Positions 15,176 to 28,035 of a stretch of 64,000 bases of DNA are shown here, one piece after another (positions within the stretch are counted from its first letter, which is position 1; every line of letters starts with the position of its first letter). Both the position numbers and the translations under genes were made by a program. The notes below the pieces were generated by a model. That model made no database searches and had not been told where the DNA came from. It saw only the letters and a list, made by a program, of their open reading frames with translations. This DNA is from Octopus sinensis (taxonomy: Eukaryota), in contig NC_043005.1 in assembly GCF_006345805.1 (NCBI RefSeq), positions 55,676,001 through 55,740,000 of the forward strand, given 5' to 3'.

Positions 15176-15345
15176 TTATAAATATAAGTTAATAATTTTA
15201 ATCTTTAACTTTAAATTTAAATAATTTAAATTTTGAATTTTATATTTTATATATTTTGTATATTATATTAATTAATTTTATTTCTATGTTTTGGTTTATG
15301 TTTTTCACTGTTTTATTTGCCTAATAGTGGTTTTATCTATAATTT
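13305..15345. repeat. Large interrupted inverted repeat (palindrome)
   Basis: 13605-14120 is the reverse complement of 14175-14668 (the same peptide KVKSLLPSMKVEKICSEDPGRNYIK appears on both strands); outer arms 13305-13600 and 15020-15345 share GATAAAACCACTATTAGGCAAAT..ACAGTGAAAA. Confidence 0.9.
14675..15000 (+). pseudogene. Non-LTR retrotransposon ORF2 C-terminal remnant (CR1/Jockey-group-like)
   Basis: Reads ..IRYCNCLDFKGSQLFNILS/CLRDLHGVDVGVFKTKLDL.., similar to the GPxLFNxLP..IRxxxG..FKxKLD tail of LINE ORF2 proteins. Confidence 0.7.
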
Positions 15346-15394
15346 AATTTATATATATATATATATATACATACATACATTTATATACATAAAC

Positions 15395-15430
<36 letters not shown>

Positions 15431-15447
15431 TTCAAAATGTAACCACA

Positions 15448-15670
15448 AATACTAGGCTTACAAAGAATAAGTCCTGGGTCGATTTGTTTGACTAAAGGCA
15501 GTGCTCCAGCATGGCTGCAGTCAAATGACTGAAACAAATAATAGAATCTATATATATATATATATATAATAAGTACTAGGCTCACAAAAAATAAGTCCTG
15601 GGGGCGATTTGTTTGACTAAAGGCGGTGCTCCAGCATGGCTACAGTCAAATGACTGAAACAAATAAAAGA
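15448..15670 (+). repeat. Two tandem copies of the family A SINE tail
   Basis: TACTAGGCT.ACAAA.AATAAGTCCTGGG..GACTAAAGGC.GTGCTCCAGCATGGC..GACTGAAACAA occurs twice, separated by (TA)n. Confidence 0.85.
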
Positions 15671-16686
15671 ATATATATATATATATATATAGTGAGAGAG
15701 AGAGAAGTAGATGTATACATGTGTGTGTGTGTGTTTGTGTATGTATATATGTGTGTATCTCAATATTCTATAAGCTGCATTATATCATTGATTATTATTA
15801 ATATCAAGACAGTGAGCTGGCAGAATTGTTGCCACAGTGCACGAAATGCTTAGTGGCATTTCTTCCAGCTCCCTACATTCTGAATTCAACTTTTAAGGCA
15901 TCTTTTGGCTTTTATTGTTTCAGAGTCAAAAAACTGAGTTCCAGCTGAGCATTGGGTTAGATGTAATTCACTGGCCTCACCTTCGCCAAAACTTCACACC
16001 TTATGCCTATAGTAGAATTATTAGTGTTATCTATATTTTGCTTAGCATATTTTGTATCTGTTTCAGTTTTCAGGTTGACCAAAGCAAATTTACATCCAAA
16101 TTATACATTCCACAATGCATCTGTTTTTCATTTTTTTTCTTGTTATTATAGCCAAGAGGGAAATGCAGTGTACATGGCTCTTTATTTTTGTCTTCAAGTC
16201 TGGCAGGAGAGAGAGCAGGGGGAGTGGAAGCGGGCAGACAGACAGCAGATAGCGAGAGAGAGTAGACAGACTAAGAGACAGACAGCGACAGAGACATAGA
16301 GGTGAGGAGAGGAAACTATCCCCCATCACTCCCTCCTTCCCACAAGCAAATGGTGATTGCCCTGAATTTTTACTGCAGGTCATACTCAACTAAAGGCCCC
16401 TAAAGTCCAGTGGGTGGCATAAGACCAGGTAATGGGTTACCACCCATGTAGGCTATAGTGGGATTTGAACTCAGAACTCCAAGAGAGAACAATTAATGCA
16501 AGACATCCCAGCCAACACTTGGAGAATTCAATCAGTCCATCATGCTAATATGTTATTTATCCACCCACAGAGGGATAAAAGACAAGACAAAGTCGACCTC
16601 ATCAGGATATGAACCCAGTATGAAAGAATTTGGAATAAACACTGCAAAACATTTGTTTCATGTGTAATGACCACAGTAAAGACACT

Positions 16687-16945
16687 CTAATCTCTCTTTG
16701 ATTCTAAATCTAAGACACATCGCTCAGAATTCTAATTCTAAAAGCCAAATGATGACAACAAATGAAATTCTAATCTATGTCTTCTGTTCTAAATCTCAGA
16801 CATATCACTGACTGAGAATTCTAATTCTAAATCAGATAATGACAATAATAGAAATTACAATCTCTTCTATTCTAAGTCTAAATCAAACAATGATGCTAAT
16901 GACATTATGAGAAATGTTAATCTCATCTGTTTTAATTCTTAGACA
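16687..16945. repeat. Degenerate ~85-bp tandem repeat, about 3 units
   Basis: Recurring CTAATCT..TTCTAAATCT.AGACA..AGAATTCTAATTCTAAA..ATGACAA..GAAATT. Confidence 0.65.
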
Positions 16946-18710
16946 AATCATCATCATCGTCATCATCATCATTGTCATCGTCGTCGTCGTCGTTATCGTC
17001 GTTGTTGTCATCAGTGTCGTTGTCATCATCATCACTGTAATCATCACCATTTAACATCTACTTTTCCATGCTTGCACTGGACCAGACGAAATTTACTGAG
17101 GCATATTTTCTATGGCCAGATGCCCGTCCAGTCATCAACATCATTACCAACCGTCATCTTTGTTTCCAAGCAAAGTAATTATTTTCCTACAGCTAGACAT
17201 GTCTTTCACAGAAAACTGGAAATGAACAACCTCACTTGTATGACAATAGTGCATTACCATTGTATGACAATGGTAATGGCACTTCACCATTATCTCCTTC
17301 CTGCTCTCTCTTGCACTCTTACTGTCTCCCACTTCCTCTCTCTCCCTCTCTTCCTCTCTCCCTTGCTCTTCCTTCTGGCTGGGTAACCATGTATCTCATC
17401 TACAGCAGCACACCTGTTTCTGTCTTCTTGTTACCACTCTCTCTCTCTCTCTTTCCCTTGCTCTTCCTCTCTTTCTCTCTCTCTCTCTCCCTTTTTCTCT
17501 TTCTCTCTCTCTTGACCAGGTAACCATGTACCTCCTCTATAGCAGAACACCTGTTTCTGCCTCTCTGTCACACTCTAATTTTTCATCATCTGACACAAGA
17601 TCACCTCCTCCGATGCCCCCTCTCCTCTCAGAATTCCATATCTTGCAAGTGCAGCCACTGTGAAGTGGTTGGCATTTGGAAGGGCATTCAACTGTAAAAA
17701 CCATCCCAAAACTGACCTCACCTGTGCTGGTGCCACATAAAAAGCACTCAGTCTAATTTACAAGGTGGTTGGTGTTAGGAAGGGCATCCAACCATAAAAA
17801 ATGATTCCAAAACACACACAGACACACAAACATATATATATATATACATACACACACACAACAAGGTTTCTTTCAGTTTCCATCTTCCAAATCCTCTCAC
17901 AAGGCTTTGGTCAGTCTGAGGCTATAGTAGAAGACAGAACCTGTGGTTAGGAAGCAAGCTTCTTACCACACAGCCACACCTACACCTATAACATTAATAA
18001 GTTTGTTTTTTGGGGTTTGTTTTGTGTTTTTATTTTGGTTTGTTTTGTGCTTTTGTTTTAGTTTGCTTTGTGTTTTTGTTTTGCTTTGAAAATGAAAATT
18101 TGGGTTACTGTTTTGGTTCATAATTTAACAACCCCAAGAAGGTGAAAGGAAAATTTCACCACAGAATTTAAACTCATAATATAAAGGCATATAACATAAT
18201 GGTACAAAGCACTTTGTCCAACACACTTATGATTCTGTTAATACACCACAATATTGATTTCAGATTTTGGCACAGGGCCAGCAATTTAGGGGAAGGAATA
18301 AGTCAATTACATTAACTCCAGAATAAGTCAATTACATCAACTCCAGATTTCAACTTGTACTTATTTTATCAACCCTGAAAGGATTAAAGACAAAGTGGAC
18401 CTGGTGGAATTTGAACTTGGATAGGCGAAATGCTACTAAACATTTTGCCCAGCAAACTAATGATTTTGCCAGCTCACCACCTAACTAATATACCATAATA
18501 TTTATAGATGGTTCTTAGTTTGTAATACTAGTCTCAGTTCCTCTGATTGGAAGAATATCTTGTGATAAGCTAACATCCTATCCAGGGGAAAATTTGTCTC
18601 GCATCTGTTTTATGTTAAAGGAACCACAATGAAGTTGAGGATTAACCTCAGTTTTCATTAATCTAAAGGATCTACGAAACTCCATACTACACTTCCAGTT
18701 TTAGAAGAAA

Positions 18711-19101
18711 CTAGCAGTATCGCCCAGCATTGCTCAGGTTTGTTTCAACCCTTTAGAATTGGAATTTTTGAAAAGTAAAAATTTGACATTATGTAGCTTG
18801 TTATTCTCTTTAATTGAACATTTTTCTGGGTGAAATACACCGAAAATTGGCGACACAGCAGTCAAAAAATCGTAAAAAACAGGGATTTTCATAGAAAGAA
18901 AGCAACTTTTTGATGTAAATAATTTTTGGCGTTATAATTGTCCGATTTGAATATTTTCTTCTGCAGAAGAAAGGAGCAAGCCTTCTTTAATCATACTTTT
19001 AAGTTTGGTCAACTTGCGCCCAAGGGTCTCGGAGGAGATAGTGTTAGTTGAAGGTTACCAAACCTGCCATACACAGACAACTTCAGCTTTATATATAGAG
19101 A
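18711..19101 (-). mobile_element. Non-autonomous Helitron
   Basis: Minus strand: 5' A|TC.., 3' hairpin CCTGAGCAATGCTGGG then CTAG|T; no TSD; second copy at 62140-62533. Confidence 0.85.
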
Positions 19102-19809
19102 TTAGTGTCTTTTACAAACAACAGTGTCATCTATTTATGGGTTACCAACAGAAATGTTGGTCATTTATAGCCTATCACTTGTACTGAACTGTATCTGTGA
19201 TAAATATACTTAACATTCTAATAACCCAGTCTCCCTAGATGCACAAACAAGTATCATTTGTAGATATAACTCACCACTGTAAACAGAAATGGCTCTGGAA
19301 AATTAGTGAATGTTTTATATTAGCTTGTACAACTAACTTCAAATTCAATCATGATTATAGAATAGCAAGAGACAATCTGCACCATTGTCCAATAGAAGGG
19401 TCATCCGTGTCAAACAGAAATTCAGTGCAACAAAGTTCAGAGAAGAGAATAGATTTGTGTGTCATTAGAGGAACCCTGCACCCAATATTCCAACACCTTA
19501 GCCTCACACCTTCTGCGCCTCATTATTCTATACAATTTGCTACTCTTGAGTATCGCGTTCCCTTGTGACCCTCCTGGCATCTACTGTAAGTGACATTTTC
19601 ACAGCATTGACTTGAACTTGTTGACCTCCACAACTACAAACAGCATAAGTAATTTCCAATGCTTACTTTGAACTATTTATGTATCACATCAAATTAGAAT
19701 TTGTTGCCAAAACTTGATGACTCATCAAAAAACCTGAGGAAATAAGTAAGATTCAATATTAAAAATGACTAATGATCCAGCTCTATACATTATGTATACA
19801 GATACCTAT

Positions 19810-19864
<55 letters not shown>

Positions 19865-19895
19865 TATATATGTATGTAAATATATATATATATAC

Positions 19896-19934
<39 letters not shown>

Positions 19935-19972
19935 AATATACATAAGTACATATACATATATATATAATACAT

Positions 19973-20013
<41 letters not shown>

Positions 20014-20143
20014 TGCATGTATTCATACATACACACACACGCACATACACACATACATACACATATTTATACCTACATATCTACATAGAAAATGGATGTT
20101 AAATAATGATGATACATCTATCAATATATACATATATACGCAC

Positions 20144-20177
<34 letters not shown>

Positions 20178-20265
20178 TTACCCTGAATTATACATAAATA
20201 TAAGAAAATATTTATTCTCTATCATGCTGACATTTGTTATTGAAAATTTGTGTCTGTGTCTGTGT

Positions 20266-20313
<48 letters not shown>

Positions 20314-20413
20314 ATACATACATATATATATACATATACACATAGATACACATACAAACATGTAGACACACACACACACTCATATATATATATATATATG
20401 TATGTATGTATAT

Positions 20414-20446
<33 letters not shown>

Positions 20447-20924
20447 AGTATATATTTATATTATTACATTGGTGTAGTTACATACAAACACATATATACA
20501 CCCACGCACATGACCAACACACACCATGACACACCCACCCACACATATTGTCATTACAATAATTAATTTACAAAGATACAATGGCCACGTGGATGGTAAC
20601 TATGATATCAGACCTCGCAGTTCATGAGTTCATATTTCAATACATCAATTGTGTTATGTCCTTGGGTAAGTAACTTCTACTTAAACCCTGTTTCTCTTTT
20701 AAACAGACAATGACATATGTTAACACCTCCAACGTTTTACTTTCCACTAAATTGATGTTACACATACAGCAACAAAGGCAATCACAAGCACCCCCCCTTT
20801 AGTATAAATATTAGTAGAAATATCAATAACAATATTATAAAGCTAAACTGAAATGAAATTAGATAAAAGCAAATTTCTTATTTGTATATTTGCAATAGAT
20901 ATATGTTATCAATAACGATATTTC

Positions 20925-21048
20925 ACCATCAACATCTTCATCGTCGTCGTCATCCTCATCATCGTTATCATCATCCCCTTCATCATCATATTCATCGCAT
21001 CATCGTCATCATCATCATCATCATCATCATCACCATCATCACCATCAG

Positions 21049-21082
<34 letters not shown>

Positions 21083-21083
21083 G

Positions 21084-21118
<35 letters not shown>

Positions 21119-21185
21119 TCATTATTGTCATCATCATCATCATAATCATCATCATCGTCATCGTCGTCGTTGTCGTGTCATTATT
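20925..21185. repeat. (CAT)n microsatellite, expanded tail of a family C element (21160-21690)
   Basis: Direct reading; followed by the family C terminus AATGTCCATTTTCCA..GCATGGG. Confidence 0.9.
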
Positions 21186-21502
21186 ATTCAATGTCCATTT
21201 TCCAAACTGGCATGGGTTTGATAGTTTGACAGGTACTGGCAAGCCAGAAGACTGTGCCAAGCTCTGCTGCTGCCTGCTTTGGCATGATTTCTTTGGCTGG
21301 ATACCCATTCCTAATACCAACCATTTTACAGTGTACATTGGGTGCTTTTATACATGGTGCCAACCACAGTGAAGTCACCAAGTTAACTTGCAAGACATGG
21401 CTCCACAGTTGAGGGGTTAGCAGTTATGAAGGATGTGGCTTTGTGCAGGTGATGAGAGGTTAGAGTATGAAAGTGGGACAGCAACAGGTATTTTGTTGTA
21501 GA

Positions 21503-21640
21503 GGCAGCGAGCTGGCAGAAACGTTAGCGATAAATTAAGTACCAGTTATGCACTGGGGTCGATGTAATCGACTTAATACCTATGTCTGTCCTTGTTTGTC
21601 CCCTCTGTGTTTAGCCCCTTGTGGGTAATAAAGAAATATG
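21503..21640 (+). mobile_element. Internally deleted SINE family B nested in a family C element
   Basis: Head GGCAGCGAGCTGGCAGAAACGTTAGC fused to GATAAATTAAGTACCAG..; 17-bp TSD GTATTTTGTTGT(A/T)GAGG at 21488-21504 and 21640-21656. Confidence 0.88.
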
Positions 21641-22409
21641 TATTTTGTTGTTGAGGAGATACCTGGCTACCCTAGTTGGAAAAAGAAAAGGGAAAGAGAA
21701 AGGAGAAAGTGAGAGAGTTGATGGTGAAAAAAATGTGTCAGGACATCCTCTCATGAATAATAAACTTGACTTACATGGAGATGCATGACAACATATCAAT
21801 TACACTGTGTAACTTGATTTTTGTCCTTGAGTGGCGACTGTTATTTCTTATTTGCTTACCCTTAGAAGATTTGCAAAAATGACTACTTTTTCCTTCAAAG
21901 TTTGCTTTTGTTACATTTCTTTAAACCCAAAAGAATCCCTCTCAACACGTTGCTATGATGCTCTCCTGCTACTTCTACTCCTGATCAGATATGCACATAT
22001 CGTCAGCCACTAAGGGACATGCTCAAGTGGTTAAGGTCAAACAAATCTGTGGTATTGAGCAAAATATTTGCCATAAAGATATTTCTGCTTCAGCAACTCA
22101 GTGCTAATTCTGTCTGAAATGTAATGGAAAATAGGTCAGTTTCAAAACATTGATGTCCAGGTCACAAAAGCAAAGTTTGAAGGAAATAGTAGCCATTTCC
22201 TTTGATTTCTAAATAGAAATAAAAAGGAAATAACACTTACTGATCAAAAACAAAAAAAAATAATTTTATTTTGTTACACAGTGTTCTTAACCCTCTTGCT
22301 CTCCCAAAGAATACATCTTAGGATTCCTAGAACTAAATGTTAATTCCTTTCCAAGCAATTACTTGCTTTTTCTTTTCTTTTCTTTTTTTTTTTTTGAGTT
22401 GGACATTAA

Positions 22410-22629
22410 TCCTTTTGTTCTTACATTTCTGTAAACATATGCTGCCTTTGTTTCAATTTATTTTTTAAATAACGAGGAATTTAGTAAAATAACTTTCTCA
22501 TTATTAAGCTGGGGACTGGAACAAATTAACATAAAATTTTTATAGAAGATTATAATTTAAACATCTTTAAAACAGTAAGTTTATGTTACAGAACCGGGAG
22601 TGGTTGTAGGTGGGTTGATATAAAAAGGG
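22410..22629. mobile_element. piggyBac-like MITE
   Basis: TTAA|TCCTTTT..AAAAAGGG|TTAA: TTAA flanks and short TIRs; a related copy lies at about 53460-53640. Confidence 0.7.
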
Positions 22630-22779
22630 TTAAAATACTAGAGTGTTACTCATCATTTAACAGGTTATGTTGAGAATATACATTTACCATTGTGGGTAAT
22701 ACAAGATTATGGTTTACAGAGGTGGTGAGCTGGCAGAATTATTAGCACTCTGGGTGAAATGCTTTACTCTTTTACTCTT

Positions 22780-22987
22780 TTACTTGTTTCAGTCATTTGA
22801 CTGCAGCCATGCTGGAGCACTGCCTTTAGTCAAACAAATTGACCCCAGGACTTATTCTTTGTAAGCCTAGTACTTATTCTGTTGGTCCCTTTTGCCAAAC
22901 TGCTAAGTTATGGGGATGTAAACACACCAACATCGGTTGTCAAGTGATGAAGCGGGTACAAACACACACACATACACAAATATATAT

Positions 22988-23031
<44 letters not shown>

Positions 23032-23115
23032 CAGGCTTCTTTCAGTTTCCATCTATCAAATCCACTCACATGGCTTTGGTCAACCCGAGGCTATAGTAGA
23101 AGACACTTGCCCAAG
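22780..23115 (-). mobile_element. SINE family A
   Basis: Tail and body in reverse orientation, 5' head missing. Confidence 0.85.
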
Positions 23116-23899
23116 GTTAGAAGAGTATTTATCCAGTAGCTGAAGGATCAATTCTCAATGTCTCCAACAATGATAAAATGTGTCTCACCAAAACTCTTGA
23201 CTCTCAATACTTCTAAACTCTGTGCTGTAAATAGGTATCATGTGAAGGTACAATACATGCAAGTAAGTAACCAGTCATTGTATAATTAGTGAAGGTATTA
23301 TTTATTGGTTGTAATGCATTTAAATCTTATTGTGACCTACCAATGCTAAATGGATAAGCCAGCCAATATTATCAATGTAATAACTTGCCAAACTTGGAGG
23401 ACAGTAGTTTAAAAGTTGATTGATATTTAATCTAATCATTCTAGTTTCCAAATTTAAATTCCACTATAGTCAACGTTACCTTTCATCTCTCATGAAAAGA
23501 TAAAATTAGTGCCAATAATATACTGGTTTTAATTCAATCAATTATATCCCTTCACAATAAAAAATAGTATTCTGCTTGAGCAAAAAATGTTATGAATTCT
23601 AATAGTTGACATTGGTCATTATGTGGACATCACTTTGAGAGCATTGCATCTTGTAGCAGAAACAACAACAGTAAGCTAATGAAGTTCATTGCATAATTTT
23701 TTTTGTTCCCTTGTCATTTATGTAATCACTTATATTGAATGCTACCAAATATTTTAATTCAGTCTCTCTACCAAAGATTTGGATTTTGGATATCCAGGAA
23801 AATTGGATATCAAGGAAAATATTAAAAATTGGATCAGTTACATTATTGCTGGAAGAAGACAAAATATATTTATTAACAGTGACGCTTGTTTCTGAAAAG

Positions 23900-24410
23900 A
23901 AGTAAACAACAGCAGTATTCTACAAGCTTCTGTGATAGACCAACCTTCTTTGTTGTCTTCATAAATGATTTGCTGTCATCAATTGAAAACATCTGCAACT
24001 TTTTATAGATGATATTAATATAGAGAAGTTTGGAGAGGATAATAAGAGCACTGAGATGAGGCAAGGAGATTGGAATCAACTGAAAGCTTGATATAATTCG
24101 TGGTAATTATCCTTGAATGTGAAGAATGTAAATTCTAACATTTAGACCCAAAGAATTTAGATCTTCTAAGAAAAAGAAGAACCTTGTTTTTGAAATTATG
24201 AAAACGAAATATTTTAATATAATCATTAATAAATTCCATAAACTAACAACATCCACAGTGAAAATTCATAACATCGTTCTTGCAACAACTAAAATGTTTT
24301 TTGTTTTTTCTTGTGAATCAATAAAAATACCATTCCATCATACTTCAAGATTATGATGAAACCATTCTTTCAATATGGTAACATCATTTGCGACCCACAT
24401 ATCAGTAAGT
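23900..24410 (+). pseudogene. Highly decayed CR1/L2-group reverse transcriptase remnant
   Basis: Broken-frame reading SILQASVI.PTFFVVFINDLLSSIENICNF.IDDINI..LSLNVKKC..MMKPFFQYGNIICDPH corresponds to QGSVLGP.LF..FINDL / FADD / LN..KC / P.LEY...W.P. Confidence 0.7.
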
Positions 24411-25880
24411 CATATTGTTATAGAAATTATTTTATAAAAAGAATGCCACTGAATTCACTGCAACTTTGAAAGGGGCTACTATATAAGGTTGGTCAGAAGA
24501 AACTTTGCATCCTTCTTATATACTCACCAGGTTAAATATGTCAACTTCAGACAGACAAGATTTTAGAAGAATTCCTTCAGTTAACAACGAGAAGCCATGC
24601 AAAAAAAAAATTCTTTAAGAAGCACTGCAACAAGCTACGAAGACAGCAAATCTTGAACAGAAATCAATTCCTAAAGGAGGTTGCTGAAACAAAACAACCA
24701 ATTCCAGAATAGACTTGCTGAATATTAGATGAATCTTAAATTTGAAATGCAAGAATTGTGCATTGTAATAAAAAAAAATAGTTAAATAGTTAACATATTC
24801 AGATTTTGCCCATGAGCCATAAAAACGCTGTAAAGAAAGTAAAGTGTTATTATCTAAGACATGTCAGGAAAAAAAAAGTGTAACAATTTCTGAAAGAACA
24901 TCTTCCCCTCCAATAATGCACTCCCTTCATCGATGTCTTTCCCCTGAGGTATAAAGTATATCAGTCAGATACAAGCAAGACATATTATTAACCTAGACTA
25001 AACTTATCTGATAACCAGAAATTAAAAAAAGTAAAACAATTCTTCTATCATTCCAGTTTGCACATGCTTTTATTTGTGTTAATAATCTCTGTACATTCAC
25101 AATTTATATTACCTCCAAGCCAGAAATGTAATTAAAATTGCTGATATTTCATTTCAAGCAGTCCACTTTACTGATAATATCAAAACATCTTTCATTGTCT
25201 TTTCTTTATTTTATTTTTTATTCTCTTTTTCATATTTCTAATAAATATTTTCAAATTCTTGCTAAAAATAAACCATTCGTCTCTCTCTCTCTTTCTCTCT
25301 TATTACTTCTTAAAGACATAGAGAAAGAAATACACCATTCTTATTGAAATATCTCATTCCTATTGTTTTCTGAAAAGAAAAAGATGTCTGCATATAAATA
25401 TATGTGTGTGTGTGTGTATGTGGATGTGTGTGTTTGTGTGTGTGCATGCATGTACATGTGTTGTGTGCTTATATGCGCGTGTATATATATATGTATCTAC
25501 AAATGTGTGTGTGTGTGTGTGTGTGTGCAGTATCTATCAACCTACCTATCTATCTATCAATCTATTCATCAGTCTATAAATCTATGTCAGTTTATCTATC
25601 TAGCTAATTATTTATATGTATGTTTGTATGCATGCCCACACACACACACACACACACTCAATGAACGCACATTAACATATACACAAATACACACACACAT
25701 CTATATTCAAATATAAAAATTCTCAATCTTGACCTATTCTTTTTCTCTTTTTGAAACAGCCATCTAAAAATAATTTTTTTTCTAAATGAAAAAGACTCCT
25801 TTAATTAGCCCAAAGGTTCCATACATGCAATTGAAAACAAGGTTACAGAGCATGTGGGTGGAGGGACATACAATATGTGC

Positions 25881-25948
<68 letters not shown>

Positions 25949-25980
25949 ATAAAAAAGAGATGGCAAAGGGATAAATGATT

Positions 25981-26145
25981 ATCTTATGAAATTCATTAGC
26001 TTACAGGTGTTTTGATCATAAGATGTTGTGGATTCATTGTTGAGTACTAGTCTGATGAAACCGTAAGTTGTTATTCAGGCACTCAGCTATGAGTCCAACA
26101 CATGTTATAGTCGAAACAGCTGTAAGCTAATGAAGTTCATAAGAT
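25981..26145. repeat. 165-bp fold-back element with partial hammerhead motifs
   Basis: Arms ATCTTATGAA.TTCATTAGCTTACAG.TGTTT.GA.. are inverted; CTGATGA at 26052 and GAAACAGCTGTA at 26113; related end fragment at about 23655-23690. Confidence 0.75.
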
Positions 26146-26272
26146 AATCAATTATTCCTTAGTCATCTCTGTTCTTATAATTGCTCTGCACTCAACTAAC
26201 ACTTACACATATCAAATTCTACATCAGGTTATTAGTATTGCAATGCTTATGTGAAATATTAAAACAAGATGT

Positions 26273-26343
<71 letters not shown>

Positions 26344-26952
26344 GTTCCTACATCAGCTGAACTGTAATCACGCATACTGAGAGAGGGAACTTAAGGGAAA
26401 AGTACTCCCAGTGCTCTTGCATGATTAAATGTCCATTGAAAATAGAAAAGTTAGTGTGGCCATAGGTACAAGTATGGCTGTATAGTAAGAAGTTTGCTGC
26501 CCAACCACTTGGTTTGGGATTTAGTCTCACTGTGGCATTTTGGGAAAGTATCTTCTATGATAGTCACAGGCCAACGAAAGCCTTGTGAATGGATTTGGTA
26601 GATGAAAACTGAACAAAGCTTATCATACATAAGTGTGTGCACGTGTGTACATACATGTACATGCAAATATATGTATATATATGTATATGTATGTGCATAT
26701 CTGTGTTTATGTTTGCTCTCCCCACCACCATATAACAACTGGTATACTGGTGTTGGTTTGTTTACATCCCTGTAACTAAGAAGCTTGGCAAATGAGGCCA
26801 ACAGAATAATTACCAGACTTAAAAATAAAAGTACAGTGGTCGATTCATTTGACTTAATTCTTCAAGGTGACGCCCCAGCATGGCTGCAGTCCAATGACTG
26901 AAACAAGTAAAAGATTAAAGACAAAAATATTAGGTGACATTAGGTTATTTTC

Positions 26953-27186
26953 TTATTTCTTTACTGCCTGCAAGGGGCAACACACAGAGGGGACAAACAA
27001 GGACAGACAAACGGATTAAGTCGATTATATCGACCCCAGTGTGTAACTAGTACTTATTTAATCGACCCTGAAAGGATGAAAGGCAAAGTTGACCTCGGTG
27101 GAATTTGAACTCAGAACGTAACGGCAGACGAAATACCGCTAAGCATTTCACCCGACATGCTAACGTTTCTGCCAGATCGCCACCGC
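26953..27186 (-). mobile_element. SINE family B, full length (duplicated at about 29790-30042)
   Basis: tRNA-like head and CCGAGGTCAACTTTGCCTTTCATCCTTTC domain; 14-bp TSD CATTAGGTTATTTT. Confidence 0.9.
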
Positions 27187-27691
27187 ATTAGGTTATTTTT
27201 TGTCTCTGAGATCTCTTCCATCCAGACTCATGTTGAAGATTCTCATACAATAGAACTAATTCTAAGATACAGCCTGAAAATCTAGCTAATGTCTTTCTAC
27301 AAAAAAAAAAAATAGTTTCCCTTCTGCTACAATACATATTTTTAAAATCTGTATTCATGAATGAAACCTGTCAAAAGAAGTGGATGTCATCACCATTACT
27401 ACTAACCATGTGATTAACTGGAAAACAAAAACTGCTGGTTGATATCTGTCAAATATAACAAACATTATGGACAACATTGACAACTCCATGATTAGCATAA
27501 AGCAGAGCCAGCAGCTGACATCTGTCAAGAAAAACAAACATCACTGACAATACTATCAGCCTTGTGACTAGCTCTAAAGCAAAACCCGCTGATATCAGTC
27601 AATATGACTGTCATTGACAACACTACTAATCATGTGAGACAGATCACATGACCCATCACATCACTAACCATATGACCAATTAAGATTTTAA

Positions 27692-27879
27692 CCCTTTAGC
27701 ATTCAGATTACTGAGTCAAATGTAACACTAATTCATTCATGCTGTTTTAAATTAATCATAACTTTGAGATTCTGATGATGTGACTTGGGAGGGTACATGT
27801 AAGAGGCCAGATCTAGCCAGTTTGAACATAAAAGAAATAGAATATTTGGTCCAGATCTGGTTGGTCTGAATTCTAAAGG
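27692..27879. mobile_element. piggyBac-like MITE (duplicated at about 30545-30730)
   Basis: TTAA|CCCTTTAGCATTCAGA..TCTGAATTCTAAAGG terminal inverted repeats. Confidence 0.6.
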
Positions 27880-27997
27880 TTCCCTTTCATCACTAAATTT
27901 TCATGGATGAGTATCTCTGAACTAACATCAGTAACAGCATACTTCTGTGTTAAGTATTCAACATAAATACACATAATTGTTTAACCATCAAGTGTTC

Positions 27998-28035
<38 letters not shown>

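Noticed and set aside
19440-19585. Plus-strand open stretch SHLLRLIILYNLLLLSIAFPCDPPGIY before a GTAAGT donor (signal-peptide-like)
   Set aside because: No start codon or convincing acceptor, and no linked exons.
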